Shown here in pieces: positions 8,386-19,000 of a DNA stretch of 64,000 bases; positions within the stretch are counted from its first letter, which is position 1, and each line of letters starts with the position of its first letter. The stretch spans positions 96,001 to 160,000 of the forward strand of contig JAYKHR010000045.1 of NCBI GenBank assembly GCA_035285125.1, given 5' to 3'. A model generated the notes under the pieces. That model was not told the DNA's origin. It saw only the letters and a list, made by a program, of their open reading frames with translations, and did no database searches. Position numbers and translations under genes: made by a program. The stretch is from Candidatus Sericytochromatia bacterium (GTDB taxonomy: Bacteria > Cyanobacteriota > Sericytochromatia > S15B-MN24 > JAQBPE01).

Positions 8386-9023
8386 ACCAGCGCGCCGCCG
8401 GGGTTTCCAGCTGAGATGCGGATCCTGCGCACCTTGCCAGGTGCCCTGCCAGCCACCCTCGCGGCCGGCCCCCGGCTGAGGGCCCCGAAGCGGTCCAGGG
8501 GCCAGACCCGCAGCACCGCGCGACCGATCAGGCAGGTGACGGGCACGGGGCCGAAGACGTGGCTGTCCGTGCTGTCACCGCGGTTGTCGCCCAGCACGAA
8601 CAGGGCATCCGGCGGCACAACCCCGCCCGGCATGCCGAGCGCCCCCCAGTCTGGCTCGGGGTAGCCGATCGGCGCGGCTCCCCAAGGTTCGGCGAGGGGG
8701 CTGCCGTTCACCCACAGGCGCTGGCCCCGGATCCGCAACCGCTCCCCGGGCAGCCCCACGACGCGCTTGACCAGGGCGGGCCCCAGGCCCGGCAGCGGCA
8801 CGGGGGGCCGACACACCACCACCTCCCCGCGGCGAGGCAGGCGCCAGCACGGCGTGAGCTTGTCGACCAGCAGCCTGTCCCCGACCTCGAGCGTGGGGCG
8901 CATCGAGCCAGAGGGGATGAAGCGCGCCTCCACCACCCACGCCCGGGCCAGGAAGGCCCCGAGGGCGAAGGTGGCGAAGATGACGCCGCACTCGGCCGCC
9001 AGGGAGCGCCCCCGGCTCAGCAC
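8382..9023 (-). CDS. lepB: Signal peptidase I
   Basis: TM anchor, IPSGSMRPTL (catalytic Ser), LVKRV (catalytic Lys) and GDNRGDSTDS. Confidence 0.92.
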   Translation of the reverse strand: MLSRGRSLAAECGVIFATFALGAFLARAWVVEARFIPSGSMRPTLEVGDRLLVDKLTPCWRLPRRGEVVVCRPPVPLPGLGPALVKRVVGLPGERLRIRGQRLWVNGSPLAEPWGAAPIGYPEPDWGALGMPGGVVPPDALFVLGDNRGDSTDSHVFGPVPVTCLIGRAVLRVWPLDRFGALSRGPAARVAGRAPGKVRRIRISAGNPGGALV

Positions 9024-9041
9024 CGCGTCGCCAGCGCCGGC

Positions 9042-10649
9042 CTAATGGCCCATGGCGCGGAGCGTCTCATCGAGGACCGCCAGGTGCGCCTTGAAGCGGC
9101 TGCTCGTGGGTGCGGTGAGCCGCACGTCCTCCACCTCGTGCCGCGCCCGCGCGAGGTCGCGCGACTGCAGCACCCGCGAGAGGGTGGTGCCCAGCGACTT
9201 GCCGATCGTGACGTCGGGGTCCGCCGCGGCCTCGGCTGGCGGCAGCTGGTTGTTCTCCAGCACGAACTGGTGGTAGGAGGTGCCGAAATGCCCGGCGATG
9301 TCGGCGATCCGACGCCAGCCGAGGTTCGGGTTGGCCGCGATCGCAGCCGCGCCGTCGAGCCTCCCGCGACCAGGCAGAGGCTCCAGGACGCCGGCGGATT
9401 GCCCGACGCCGGTGGACACGAGAGAGAGTGGTTCGGGCTCCAGCGCCCCGGCCACCGAGGGCTGGCTGACGGACATCGTGGGTCCAGGCCCCATCGGAGC
9501 GGCCGGCAAGCCCGGCTGCGGCTGTGCGCCGTAGGTCTGGCCGGGCTGCGGCTGCGCGCTGTAGGTGATGCCCGGCTGCACCTGTCCTTGGAGCAGCTGT
9601 GCGGCGCTCGGGGCAGTCACGGTGACGGTGGAGGGCAGGGCCCCCTGGGCATAGGCAGGCAGGGTGGGGGCGTTGAGGGTCATGCTGGGCGTCACCACGC
9701 CCTGCGCCGCCCCCGGCACCGTCAACCCAGGCGCGGGCTGGGGCGCGGCCGCGGCGCCCGGCAGGAGCACAGGCGGCTGGGCCGACATCATCCCAGGCTG
9801 CGCGGCCGTGGCGGTCCGGAACCAGTCCGTGGCGCGGATCGGGCGACCGGCGAGGGCCTCCTCGACCAGGGGCCGGGAGGCGCCGTTGGCGGCATAGGAG
9901 GCCAGCACGAGGGGCGTCACGCCGAAGGCGCTTGCCACCCGCGGGTTGGCGCCGTGCTGGAGCAGCACCGCCGCGACGTCGGTGTGGCCCTGCTGGAGGG
10001 CCCACATCAGGGGCGTGTAGCCCCAGCGATCGACGACGTTGGGCTGGGCGTAACGCGTCACGAGGTACTCGACGACGGCGCGACGCCCGTGCTGGGCGGC
10101 CCACGTGAGGGGCGTGTAGCCCTCCCAGTCCCGGGCATTCAGGTCACCGCCGTGGGAGACCAGCGTCCGGACACGCTCCACGTCGCCCAGGGCCGCAGCG
10201 TGGGCCAGGTCACGGTTGAGCATCTGGTTCGAGTAGGGGTTGGTGGCGCTGTCGTAGACGGAGGACCGGTAGCGCGCGTTCGTCATCATCGGAGCCGCGG
10301 GGTTCCACCAGGCCACGTTCCAGGCCGACTGGTCCCAGGGCTGGTCACCCTGGATGCGGTAGGCCCAGTCCTGAGACATGGGGATGTAGCCCGAGGCCGG
10401 CGTGAAGCCCGTGTAGGCCTGCTGCGCGCGCGGGGCGTGGCCCTGCTGCCAGCCCTGCCAGCCCCAGCCCGAGCCCGCCGCGGGCAGCCAGGGCACGGGG
10501 CGCCGGGTTCGCGGGTAGCCCCACTCCGCGCCGGACTGATACTCGCGGTCCCAGACGTGCTCGTCAGGGTAATAGGCCGCCGCGGGTGCAGCCGTGCCGG
10601 CCAGCAGCAGGGGCAAGGTCAGGGCAATCTTGAGCGCAAGCGAGCGCAT
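9042..10649 (-). CDS. Secreted ankyrin-repeat protein
   Basis: Signal peptide (..APAAA). GYTPLTWAA, GYTPLMWAL and GVTPLVLAS ankyrin motifs. W/Q-rich N-terminus and P/Q/A linker. GGAGG RBS. Confidence 0.85.
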   Translation of the reverse strand: MRSLALKIALTLPLLLAGTAAPAAAYYPDEHVWDREYQSGAEWGYPRTRRPVPWLPAAGSGWGWQGWQQGHAPRAQQAYTGFTPASGYIPMSQDWAYRIQGDQPWDQSAWNVAWWNPAAPMMTNARYRSSVYDSATNPYSNQMLNRDLAHAAALGDVERVRTLVSHGGDLNARDWEGYTPLTWAAQHGRRAVVEYLVTRYAQPNVVDRWGYTPLMWALQQGHTDVAAVLLQHGANPRVASAFGVTPLVLASYAANGASRPLVEEALAGRPIRATDWFRTATAAQPGMMSAQPPVLLPGAAAAPQPAPGLTVPGAAQGVVTPSMTLNAPTLPAYAQGALPSTVTVTAPSAAQLLQGQVQPGITYSAQPQPGQTYGAQPQPGLPAAPMGPGPTMSVSQPSVAGALEPEPLSLVSTGVGQSAGVLEPLPGRGRLDGAAAIAANPNLGWRRIADIAGHFGTSYHQFVLENNQLPPAEAAADPDVTIGKSLGTTLSRVLQSRDLARARHEVEDVRLTAPTSSRFKAHLAVLDETLRAMGH

Positions 10650-10772
10650 CGGGGGGCCTCCACGTTATGATAGAAAAAGGTCGTCTTTGCTTGAGTTTTA
10701 CCCTCCGAGGGGGGCAAGCTCACGGCCCAGATCACGGCGTCGGCGCCCGAGCCCCACGCACGCCGGAAGGCC

Positions 10773-10834
10773 TTGTCATGACCCCCACCAGGTGCTAATG
10801 TTCAAATATTCAAAGGTTTGAATGTTTGAACATT
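10773..10834 (+). promoter_or_regulatory. Sigma70-type promoter overlapped by an 18-2-18 inverted repeat (probable ArsR operator)
   Basis: TTGTCA(10773)-N17-TAATGT(10796). aatgttcaaatattcaaa-gg-tttgaatgtttgaacatt at 10797-10834, arms matching at 17 of 18 positions. Confidence 0.8.
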
Positions 10835-10851
10835 CGAACCAAGGAGGCCCT

Positions 10852-11217
10852 GTGCCCGCCCGTCACCTGGCAGCCAAGGAACTCGGAGCGCTCCTGAGCG
10901 TGCTGGCCCACCCGGCCCGCCTGCAAATTGTGGAGGAGCTCGGCCTGCGCGAGCTCGACGTCCGGGCCCTGGCGGACACGTTGGGCCTCTCCCAGCCGGG
11001 CGTCTCCCAGCACCTGGGCCTGCTGCGCGCCCACCGGCTCGTCAGCGAGCGGCGTGAAGGCCGCCGGGTGTTCTACCGGCTGCGGCGTCCCGAGCTCGCC
11101 GCCTGGCTGCTCGAGGGGCTGGGCTTCCTGGCAGAGCCCCTCGCGAGCGTCGAGGACCGCCGCCAGCTGATGAACGCGGCGCGCGCGACGTGGAGCGGCG
11201 AGGTGCGAGATGGCTGA
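10852..11217 (+). CDS. ArsR/SmtB family transcriptional regulator
   Basis: LAHPARLQI, LSQPGVSQHL..LR and REGRRVFYRL winged-HTH motifs. AAGGAGG RBS before GTG 10852. Confidence 0.9.
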   Translation: MPARHLAAKELGALLSVLAHPARLQIVEELGLRELDVRALADTLGLSQPGVSQHLGLLRAHRLVSERREGRRVFYRLRRPELAAWLLEGLGFLAEPLASVEDRRQLMNAARATWSGEVRDG

Positions 11218-11527
11218 GCGCGCACGCTGGCTGCGGGCCCTCCTGCTCGCCTCCTTGATGCTGGTGCTCGTGGGGGCGACCAACCTGTCGCCGGCCGCGG
11301 GCCAGCGGCCGCACCCCGCAGCCGTCACGCTGTTGGCCGAAGAAGAGGCAGCCCCGGTGCTGCGCGACACGCTGGCGCTCCGAGTCGTGGCGCGCAAGCG
11401 CGCGGCGGACCCGCTGAGGCCCGTGCGCCCGACCTGGCTGGCCCTGACCCACACGCCCCTCCGACCGGGCTGGGTCCCCCTGGCGTGGCGCACCCCCGGG
11501 GCCCGCGCGCCGCCTTGCCGGGCCTGA
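11210..11527 (+). CDS. Small hypothetical protein with signal peptide or TM segment
   Basis: Overlaps the arsR stop, has a gagg RBS and a hydrophobic N-terminus. No recognisable family. Confidence 0.4.
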   Translation: MAERARWLRALLLASLMLVLVGATNLSPAAGQRPHPAAVTLLAEEEAAPVLRDTLALRVVARKRAADPLRPVRPTWLALTHTPLRPGWVPLAWRTPGARAPPCRA

Positions 11528-11591
11528 CGTCCCCAGCCCGACCACCCGGCCCGGCGCCCGTCACGGCGCGCCTAAGGAGGACCATCGACCT

Positions 11592-12263
11592 ATGGAAAAG
11601 CTCATCCGCGGCATCCACGCCTTCCAGACGGATTACTTCCGCGACCAGCGGGAGCTCTTCGCGCAACTCGCGCGGCACCAGGCGCCCGAGACGCTGTTCA
11701 TCACCTGCGCCGACTCGCGCATCGTCCCCAACTTGCTGACCCAGACTGAGCCAGGCGAGCTCTTCATCTTGCGGAACGCGGGGAACATCGTGCCGCCCCA
11801 CGGCGCTGCCCGGGGCGGCGAGGGCGCCACCGTCGAGTACGCCGTGGCGGTGCTCGGCGTGAAGGACATCATCGTGTGCGGCCACTCCCAGTGCGGCGCG
11901 ATGAAGGGCCTGCTCGACCCGCGCACCACCGAGAGCCTGCCGGCCGTCCACGAGTGGCTGGGGCACGCGGCTGCCACGCGGCGCATCCTGACCGAGAATT
12001 ACGCCGACGTGACGGACCCCGAGGCGCGCCTGACGGCCTGCATCAAGGAGAACGTGCTCGTGCAGCTCGAGAACCTGCGGACGCTGCCGGCTGTGGCCGC
12101 CCGCCTGGCGCGGGGCGACCTGCACCTGCACGGCTGGGTGTACGAGATCGAGACCGGGCAGGTCTTCGCATACGATCCGCACGACCGGGCCTTCCACCTC
12201 ATCACCGAGGCCACGGAACCTCGGTCCGAGGCTGAGCCCCGCTACGCGGGCCGCCAGATCTAG
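11592..12263 (+). CDS. can: Beta-class carbonic anhydrase
   Basis: TCADSR, RNAGN, EYAV and GHSQCG zinc-ligand motifs. AAGGAGG RBS. Confidence 0.95.
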   Translation: MEKLIRGIHAFQTDYFRDQRELFAQLARHQAPETLFITCADSRIVPNLLTQTEPGELFILRNAGNIVPPHGAARGGEGATVEYAVAVLGVKDIIVCGHSQCGAMKGLLDPRTTESLPAVHEWLGHAAATRRILTENYADVTDPEARLTACIKENVLVQLENLRTLPAVAARLARGDLHLHGWVYEIETGQVFAYDPHDRAFHLITEATEPRSEAEPRYAGRQI

Positions 12264-12274
12264 GGGGCCTCGTC

Positions 12275-13855
12275 ATGCCAAACTCCCAGCCCCCTCCCGC
12301 CCCCGCGCGGGAGACCCTGCCACGTGACCTGATGGCGTCGCTCGTGGTGTTCCTTGTCGCCCTGCCGCTGTGCATGGGCGTCGCCATCGCCTCGGGCGTG
12401 CCGCCGGCCGCGGGCCTCTTGACGGGCATCATCGGCGGCATCGTGGTGGGCCTATTCGCGGGCAGCCCGCTGCAGGTCAGCGGCCCGGCGGCGGGCCTGA
12501 CGGTGCTCGTCTTCGAGCTCGTGCAGCGCCACGGCCTGCCGATGCTCGGCGTGATCGTGCTCGCCGCCGGCGTCGTCCAGGTGGCCGCCGGCACGCTGCG
12601 CCTCGGCAGGTGGTTCTCCGCCATCTCCCCCGCCGTGGTGCACGGCATGCTCGCGGGCATCGGCGCGCTGATCATCGCCGCCCAGGTCCACGTGATGGTC
12701 GATGACGCGCCGCGTGGCAGCGGCCTCGCGAACCTCCTCGCCCTCCCGGAGGCGCTGTGGAAAGGCGTGGCCCCGCTGGACGGCACGACGCACCACATCG
12801 CCGCCGCCGTGGGGCTCGCCACCATCGCCGTGATGCTGGCCTGGAGCTATGTTCCGGGCCCTCTGCGGGCCATCCCGCCCGCGCTGGTGGGCGTGGCCTC
12901 GGCGACGGCGGCGGCAGCCTGGCTGCACCTGCCCATCCGGTACGTCGACCTGCCCGACAGCCTGCTCGGCTCGCTGAAGCTGGTCGGCCTCGCGGACCTC
13001 GCCCGGCTGGCCGAGGGCCCCATCTTCGAAGCCGTGCTGGCGGTGGCCGTCATCGCCAGCGCCGAGAGCCTGCTGACGGCAGCCGCCGTCGACAAGATGC
13101 ACGGCGGCCCCCGGCACGACCCGGACCGCGAGTTGATGGCGCAAGGCCTTGGCAACGCGCTGTGCGGCATCGTGGGCGCGCTGCCGATGACGGGCGTGAT
13201 CGTGCGCTCGGCCGCGAACGTCCAGGCGGGCGCCGTGACGCGAGCTTCGACGATCTTCCACGGCACGTGGATCCTCGCCACGGTGGCCCTGCTGCCGTGG
13301 CTGCTGGAGCGCGTCCCCCTCACGGCGCTGGCGGCGCTGCTCGTCTACACGGGCTTCAAGCTGCTCGCGCCCGCCACCTTGATCCAGCTGCTCAAGGCGG
13401 GGCGCAGCGAGGCCGGCATCTACCTCCTGACGGCGGGCGCCATCGTGGCGACCAACCTGCTAAAGGACATCATCATCGGCATCATCGCTGCGCTGGTGCG
13501 CCAGCTGTCGGTGCTCTCCCACCTCGACATCGCCGTCGAGCACCGTCCCGAGGCGAACAGCGTGCGCCTCAAGCTGCGCGGGGCAGCCACGTTCCTTGCC
13601 CTCCCGGACCTCCAAAAGGCGCTCGCCAAGGTGCCGGCCGGTGCCGACGTCGTCATCGACGGCGGCGACCTGCGGCACATCGACCACGCCTGCCTGGAGT
13701 TCTTCGGCGGCTGGGAGCAGGGCCACGCCCCCACGGGCGGCACCGTCGAACTGGACTGGGATGGTTTGCGCGGCCTGCAGGCGAGCAGCCGCCCCAGCAC
13801 CGCGCGGGCGGCGGTGGGCGCCGGACACGGCGGCTCGGGACCGCTGGGGGTATGA
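12275..13855 (+). CDS. SulP/SLC26 anion (probably bicarbonate) transporter with STAS-like C-terminus
   Basis: DLMASLVVFLVALPLCMGVAIASG, QVSGPAAGL, ESLL, RELMAQG.GN and GVIVRS motifs. Adjacent to the beta-CA. Confidence 0.93.
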   Translation: MPNSQPPPAPARETLPRDLMASLVVFLVALPLCMGVAIASGVPPAAGLLTGIIGGIVVGLFAGSPLQVSGPAAGLTVLVFELVQRHGLPMLGVIVLAAGVVQVAAGTLRLGRWFSAISPAVVHGMLAGIGALIIAAQVHVMVDDAPRGSGLANLLALPEALWKGVAPLDGTTHHIAAAVGLATIAVMLAWSYVPGPLRAIPPALVGVASATAAAAWLHLPIRYVDLPDSLLGSLKLVGLADLARLAEGPIFEAVLAVAVIASAESLLTAAAVDKMHGGPRHDPDRELMAQGLGNALCGIVGALPMTGVIVRSAANVQAGAVTRASTIFHGTWILATVALLPWLLERVPLTALAALLVYTGFKLLAPATLIQLLKAGRSEAGIYLLTAGAIVATNLLKDIIIGIIAALVRQLSVLSHLDIAVEHRPEANSVRLKLRGAATFLALPDLQKALAKVPAGADVVIDGGDLRHIDHACLEFFGGWEQGHAPTGGTVELDWDGLRGLQASSRPSTARAAVGAGHGGSGPLGV

Positions 13856-13862
13856 TGGGCGG

Positions 13863-14624
13863 GTGCACCGCCTGCTGATCGCCCTCTGCGCGCTGCTGCT
13901 GGCCCCCGCCCTCCCGGCGGGGGCCGAGTCGCTGCCGCGGGAGGACGCCCTCCGGGCGAAGGTGGCCCGCGCAGCCGCCAGGCTTCCCGACGGCCCCTTC
14001 CAGGCTGAGCTCGCCCGGCTGAACCGCGCCCACGCCGGTCAGCGGATGCGCCGCAGCGGCTGGGTCGTGGGAACGGCCCCGGATGTCACGGCGGCCGGCC
14101 TGGTGGCGGTCCACGTGGCCGCCGCGCCCGAGAGCCCCGGCCCGACGTGGACGGCCTACCTGGCCGAGGGCCATGGCATGGCCGTGGGCGACCGCCTGAC
14201 GTGGGAGGGCGTCATCCGACGCATCGACGCGTCCGGGGAGATCCACCTGCGGGCGGAGCGCGTGGTGCAGTGGGTCCCCAAGGATCAGGCCCGGTTCGGC
14301 GACGGCCGGGCCCGCTGGGAGGGCACCCCACCCACCGTCGATTGGCTGAAACACGGGCTGGTCGCGCGACCGCTGCTGCGGCGGGTCGACCCCACCGTGC
14401 CCCTGGAGGCCCTTCAGGACTACGTCTCACGGGAGGTGGGGGTGCGGGTCTGGGTGAGCCCCTCGGGTCACGTGGCGCGCACCCAAGTCGTGCGCTCCAG
14501 CGGCCGCCGGGACGTCGACCAGGCCGCGCTGGAGGCAGTCGGGGCCTGGCGCTTCGCCCCCTGGCCGGCAGGCCCTGGGTTGGATCAGGTGGAAGACCTC
14601 GTGGTGCCGGTCTCGCCGCGCTGA
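13863..14624 (+). CDS. TonB C-terminal domain protein with N-terminal signal or anchor
   Basis: V.V.V.PSG.V...VVRSSG..DVDQAALEAV..WRF.P matches TonB_C. Start is GTG 13863 (VHRLLIALCALLLA). Confidence 0.75.
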   Translation: MHRLLIALCALLLAPALPAGAESLPREDALRAKVARAAARLPDGPFQAELARLNRAHAGQRMRRSGWVVGTAPDVTAAGLVAVHVAAAPESPGPTWTAYLAEGHGMAVGDRLTWEGVIRRIDASGEIHLRAERVVQWVPKDQARFGDGRARWEGTPPTVDWLKHGLVARPLLRRVDPTVPLEALQDYVSREVGVRVWVSPSGHVARTQVVRSSGRRDVDQAALEAVGAWRFAPWPAGPGLDQVEDLVVPVSPR

Positions 14625-14643
14625 CGCGTCCCGCGCGGCCATT

Positions 14644-14677
14644 TATTTGACGTATCAAAATATTTCCAGGCAAAATA
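14644..14677. promoter_or_regulatory. AT-rich tandem dyads over the RND promoter (repressor operator, MarR/TetR-like)
   Basis: tatttga-cgta-tcaaaata followed by tatttccaggcaaaata. Contains a TTGACG -35 candidate. Confidence 0.55.
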
Positions 14678-14731
14678 GTCTCCGCAGGCCGGTCCACGCC
14701 GCCACCCGCGCCCCGGAGGTCCTAGCTCCCA

Positions 14732-16018
14732 ATGCGTCGTAGCCTCGTCGTTGTCCCCCTGTTGCTCGGCATCGCGGCAGCCCCTCTCGCCTGCAAGGCC
14801 AAGCAAGAGGAGAAGCCGGCCGAGGTCCCCGCCGTCCTGACGGTGGAGACCCGGCCTGTCGAGGCGCGGCAGCTGCCGCGCACGCTGGAGGTCACGGGCT
14901 CCGTCGCCGCGTGGGAGCCGATGCCCGTCATCCCGGCGGCCAACGGCCTGCGGGTCGTGGCCGTGACCGCCGAGGAGGGCCAGATGGTGGGCCGCGGGCA
15001 GGTGCTCGCGGTGCTCGACGACGCCACGCTGAAGGCGCAGCTCGACGCGGCCCGCGCCCGGGCCCGCATCGCGGAGGCCCAGCTGCAGAAGGCCCGCCAC
15101 CCGATGCGCCTGCAGGACCTCCGCAGCACGGAGGCCGCGCTCGTGCAGGCCGAGGCCGCGGCCCGGCAGGCGCAGGACGCCTACGTGCGCAGCCAGGCTT
15201 TGGCAGCCGAGGGTGCCGTGACGCCGATGGAGCTCGTGGGCCGCCAGGCCGCGGCCGAGCAGGCCCGCGCGGCGGCCGACCAGGCCCGCGAGCGGCTCTC
15301 GCTCGCCCGCGAGGGCTCGCGGCCGGAGGACCTGGCCATTGCCGAGGCCCAGGCCGACGAGGCCCGCGCCACCCTGGCCCAGATGGAGGCGCTGCACGCC
15401 CAGACGCGCGTCAAGGCGCCGGACGCGGGCAAGATCATCCGCAAGGACGTCCACCTCGGGGATGCCTCCGCCGTCGGCAAGGCGATGTTCCAGATGGTCC
15501 GGCTGGGCCGGCTGCAGGTGGAGGCGCTCGTGCCCGAGGCCGACCTCGGCCAGGTGAGGCCGGGCCTGCTGGCCCGCGTGGGCTCGGATGCCAGGCCCGA
15601 CCTGCAGGCGAGCGGCGTCATCCGGGAGGTCAGCCCGGCGGTGGACCTCGCGAGCCGCCAGGCCACCATCCGCATCGACATCCCGGAGGCCTCGGGCCTG
15701 CGCGTGGGGATGTTCGTGCGGGCCCAGCTGGCGCTCGGGCAGGTGTCCGCGCTGACCGTGCCCGCATCGGCCGTCGTCACGAAGGAGGCGGGCAGCGAGG
15801 TGTTCGTGCTGGATGGCAGCATCGCCCGCAGCCGCAGCGTCGTGCCTGGGGCCAGGGCCGGGGGCTGGGTGGCGATCGCCGAGGGCCTCAAGGCCGGCGA
15901 GCAGGTCATCACGGCCGGCGTCGGCTTCCTGAAGGACGGTGACAAGGTCGACGTCGCGCCGCCGAAGGCCGCCTCGCCGGGCAAGCCACAGCCAGGGAAA
16001 GCCACCGCGGGCTCCTGA
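14732..16018 (+). CDS. RND efflux periplasmic adaptor (MFP), lipoprotein
   Basis: Lipobox LAC, EG..V..GQVLA.LD, long alpha-hairpin, APD.G, LR.GMF and VP..AV motifs. Confidence 0.92.
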   Translation: MRRSLVVVPLLLGIAAAPLACKAKQEEKPAEVPAVLTVETRPVEARQLPRTLEVTGSVAAWEPMPVIPAANGLRVVAVTAEEGQMVGRGQVLAVLDDATLKAQLDAARARARIAEAQLQKARHPMRLQDLRSTEAALVQAEAAARQAQDAYVRSQALAAEGAVTPMELVGRQAAAEQARAAADQARERLSLAREGSRPEDLAIAEAQADEARATLAQMEALHAQTRVKAPDAGKIIRKDVHLGDASAVGKAMFQMVRLGRLQVEALVPEADLGQVRPGLLARVGSDARPDLQASGVIREVSPAVDLASRQATIRIDIPEASGLRVGMFVRAQLALGQVSALTVPASAVVTKEAGSEVFVLDGSIARSRSVVPGARAGGWVAIAEGLKAGEQVITAGVGFLKDGDKVDVAPPKAASPGKPQPGKATAGS

Positions 16019-16033
16019 GGCGAGAGGCCCGCC

Positions 16034-19000
16034 ATGAACGTCTCTGCCTGGGCCATCAAGCGCCCCATCCCCGTCATCCTGCTCTTCTTGATGCTGACCC
16101 TGGTGGGGCTCTTCAGCTACCTCCGGCTCGGCGTCAACGACAACCCCGACGTCGACTTCCCCCTCATCGTGGTGGCTGTCTCGCAGGCCGGTGCCTCCCC
16201 GGCCGAGCTCGAGACCGAGGTCACGCGCAAGGTCGAGGACTCGCTCGTCGGCATCACGGGGCTCGACCACATCACCTCGACCGTCTCGGAGGGCGTGTCG
16301 ACGACGGTGTGCGAGTTCAAGATTGGCACCCGCTCCGAGACGGCGCTGAACGACGTCCGGGACGCCGTCTCGAGGATCCGCCAGACGCTGCCCGGCGACA
16401 TCACCGAGCCCTCCATCACGCACCCCAACTTCAGCGGCGAGCCCTTCGCCACCTTCACCGTCTCGTCGACCAGGCGCCCGATGGCCGAGCTGTCGCGCCT
16501 CATCGACGAGGACATCACCCGCTCCTTGCTGGCCGTGCCGGGCGTCGCGCAGGTGCGCCGCTCCGGCGGGCTGACGCGGGAGGTGCGGATCGACCTCGAG
16601 CCTGCCCGGCTGCGGGCCCACAGGCTCACGGTGGAGGACGTGAACGGGCAGCTCAGGCAGGCCAACGTCAACCTGCCCGGCGGCCGCGCCGACGCCGGCG
16701 GGCGCGAGCAGTCGATCCGGACGCTCGGCTCCGCTGGCTCGGTGGAGGCGCTGGCCCGGCTGCCGATCGCCCTGCCGCAGGGCGGCACCGTCAGGCTCGA
16801 CGCGCTCGGGCGGGTCGCGGACAGCCACGCGGAGGTGCGGCAGAAGGCGTTCCTGAACGGCCAGCCGTGCGTGGCGTTCTCCGTCGTGCGCTCGCAGGGC
16901 TCGCCCCTCGTGCAGACCGAGGAGGCCACCCGCCAGCAGGTCGAGGCGCTCGCGGCCACGCTGCCGCCGGACGTGAAGGTCGAGCTCATCCGCACGATGG
17001 CGGACTTCACGCGGGACTCCCACGAGGCCACGATGGACGCGCTGTACCTCGGCTCGGCGCTGGCCGTGGCCGTGATCTTCATCTTCCTGCGCAATGGCCA
17101 GGCGCTGTTCATCTCGGCGCTCGCCATCCCGCTCTCGGTGATCGCGACCTTCGGCGTCATGAAGCTGCTCGGCTACACCCTCAACGGGATGACGACGCTG
17201 GCGCTCACGCTCGTGGTCGGCATCCTCGTGGACGATGCGATCGTCGACCTCGAGAACATCTACCGCCACATCGCGATGGGCAAGTCGCCCATGAGGGCTG
17301 CCCTGGAGGCCACCGACGAGATCGGCCTCGCCATCGTCGCCACCACCATGACGATCGTCGCCGTGTTCATCCCGGTGGGCTTTATGGGCGGCATCCCCGG
17401 GATGTTCTTCCGCTCGTTCGGCGTCACGGTGGCCGTGGCCGTGCTGTTCTCGCTGCTGGTCGCCCGGACCCTCACGCCGATGATGGCCGCCCACCTGCTG
17501 CCGGAGCGGCTCGCCCACGCCGAGGACCGGGCGCCCTGGCGCGAGCCCTACATGCGCCTGCTCGAGTGGGCCCTCGCCCACCGCTGGAAGACGCTGACCG
17601 GGGCCCTGGCCGTGTTCGTCGGCTCGATGGCGCTGGTGCCCGTGATCCCCAAGGGCTTCATCGACCTCGGCGACATCGGCCAGGCCATGGTCCAGATCTC
17701 CCTCCCCGCAGGCTCCACGATCGAGGAGACGGAGCGCGTGGTGATGGAGACGAGCCAGCTGCTCGCGGCCCGGCCGGAGTCCCAGCTGGTCTTCGCGACC
17801 GTCGGCTCGGCCTCGAACTCGGCCGGGGGCTCCCTGGTGCAGTCGGCCAGCTCCGTCACGCGCGGCACCGTGAACGTGGTGCTCAAGCCCCGCGACCAGC
17901 GCACGCTGACGCTGGAGGCATTCCAGGACCAGCTGCGCCCGGAGCTTGCCCGCATCCCGGGCGCGCGCGTGGCCTTCGCCCAGTTCGGGGCGACGGGCTC
18001 CGCCAAGCCCGTGAACGTGCTGCTGCGCGGCTCGGACGGCCGGCTGCTCGAGCAGGTGGGGGCGCAGGTGCTCAAGGAGATGCGCACCCTGCCAGAGCTG
18101 CGGGACGTCACGAGCACCGCCGCGGAGCTCCGTCCGGAGGTCGTGATCAGGCCCCACCTGACGCGCGCCGCCGAGCAGGGGGTCTCCGTCGCGGCCATCG
18201 GGCGGGTGGCCCGCCTCGCGACCCAGGGCGATGCCGAGTTCAACCTCGCCAAGTTCAACGCCGACTCGCGCCAGCTGAACATCCGCGTGCAGCTTGCCCC
18301 GTCGGCGCGGGCCGACCTGGCCGCCATCGGAGACCTCCTGGTGCCCGGCCGGGCTGGCCTCGTGCCCCTGCGGACGGTGGCCGACCTCCACTTCGGCACG
18401 GGCCCCGTGCAGATCGACCGCTACGACCGCGCCCGCCAGATCACCTTCACGGCCAACCTGACGGCCGGCGACATGGGCACGGCCCTCGCGAAGGTCGCCG
18501 AGCTGCCCAGCATCAAGGCCCTGCCGGCCGGCATCACCCAGGGCACGGTGGGCGAGTCCAAGGTGATGATGGACATCTTCACCGAGACCCTGATCGCCCT
18601 CGGCACGGGCATCATGGCCATCTACGCCGTGCTGGTGCTGCTCTTCGGGGGCTTCCTGCAGCCGCTGACCATCATGATGGCGCTGCCCCTGTCCATCGGC
18701 GGGGCGATGGCCGGCCTGCTGGTCTTCGGCAAGGAGCTCGGTCTCTACGCGCTCATCGGCGTGATGATGCTGATGGGCCTCGTCACCAAGAACTCGATCC
18801 TGCTCGTCGAGTACGCGCAGATGGCCCGCAACCAGGGCGCCACGCGCCGGGAGGCGCTGCTGCGCGCCGGGCGCGACCGCCTGCGGCCCATCTTGATGAC
18901 GACGATCGCCATGATCGCCGGCATGCTGCCCATCGCCCTGGAGCTGGGCACGGGCACCGAGATCCTCTCGCCGATGGCCGTCGCCGTGATCGGGGGGCTC

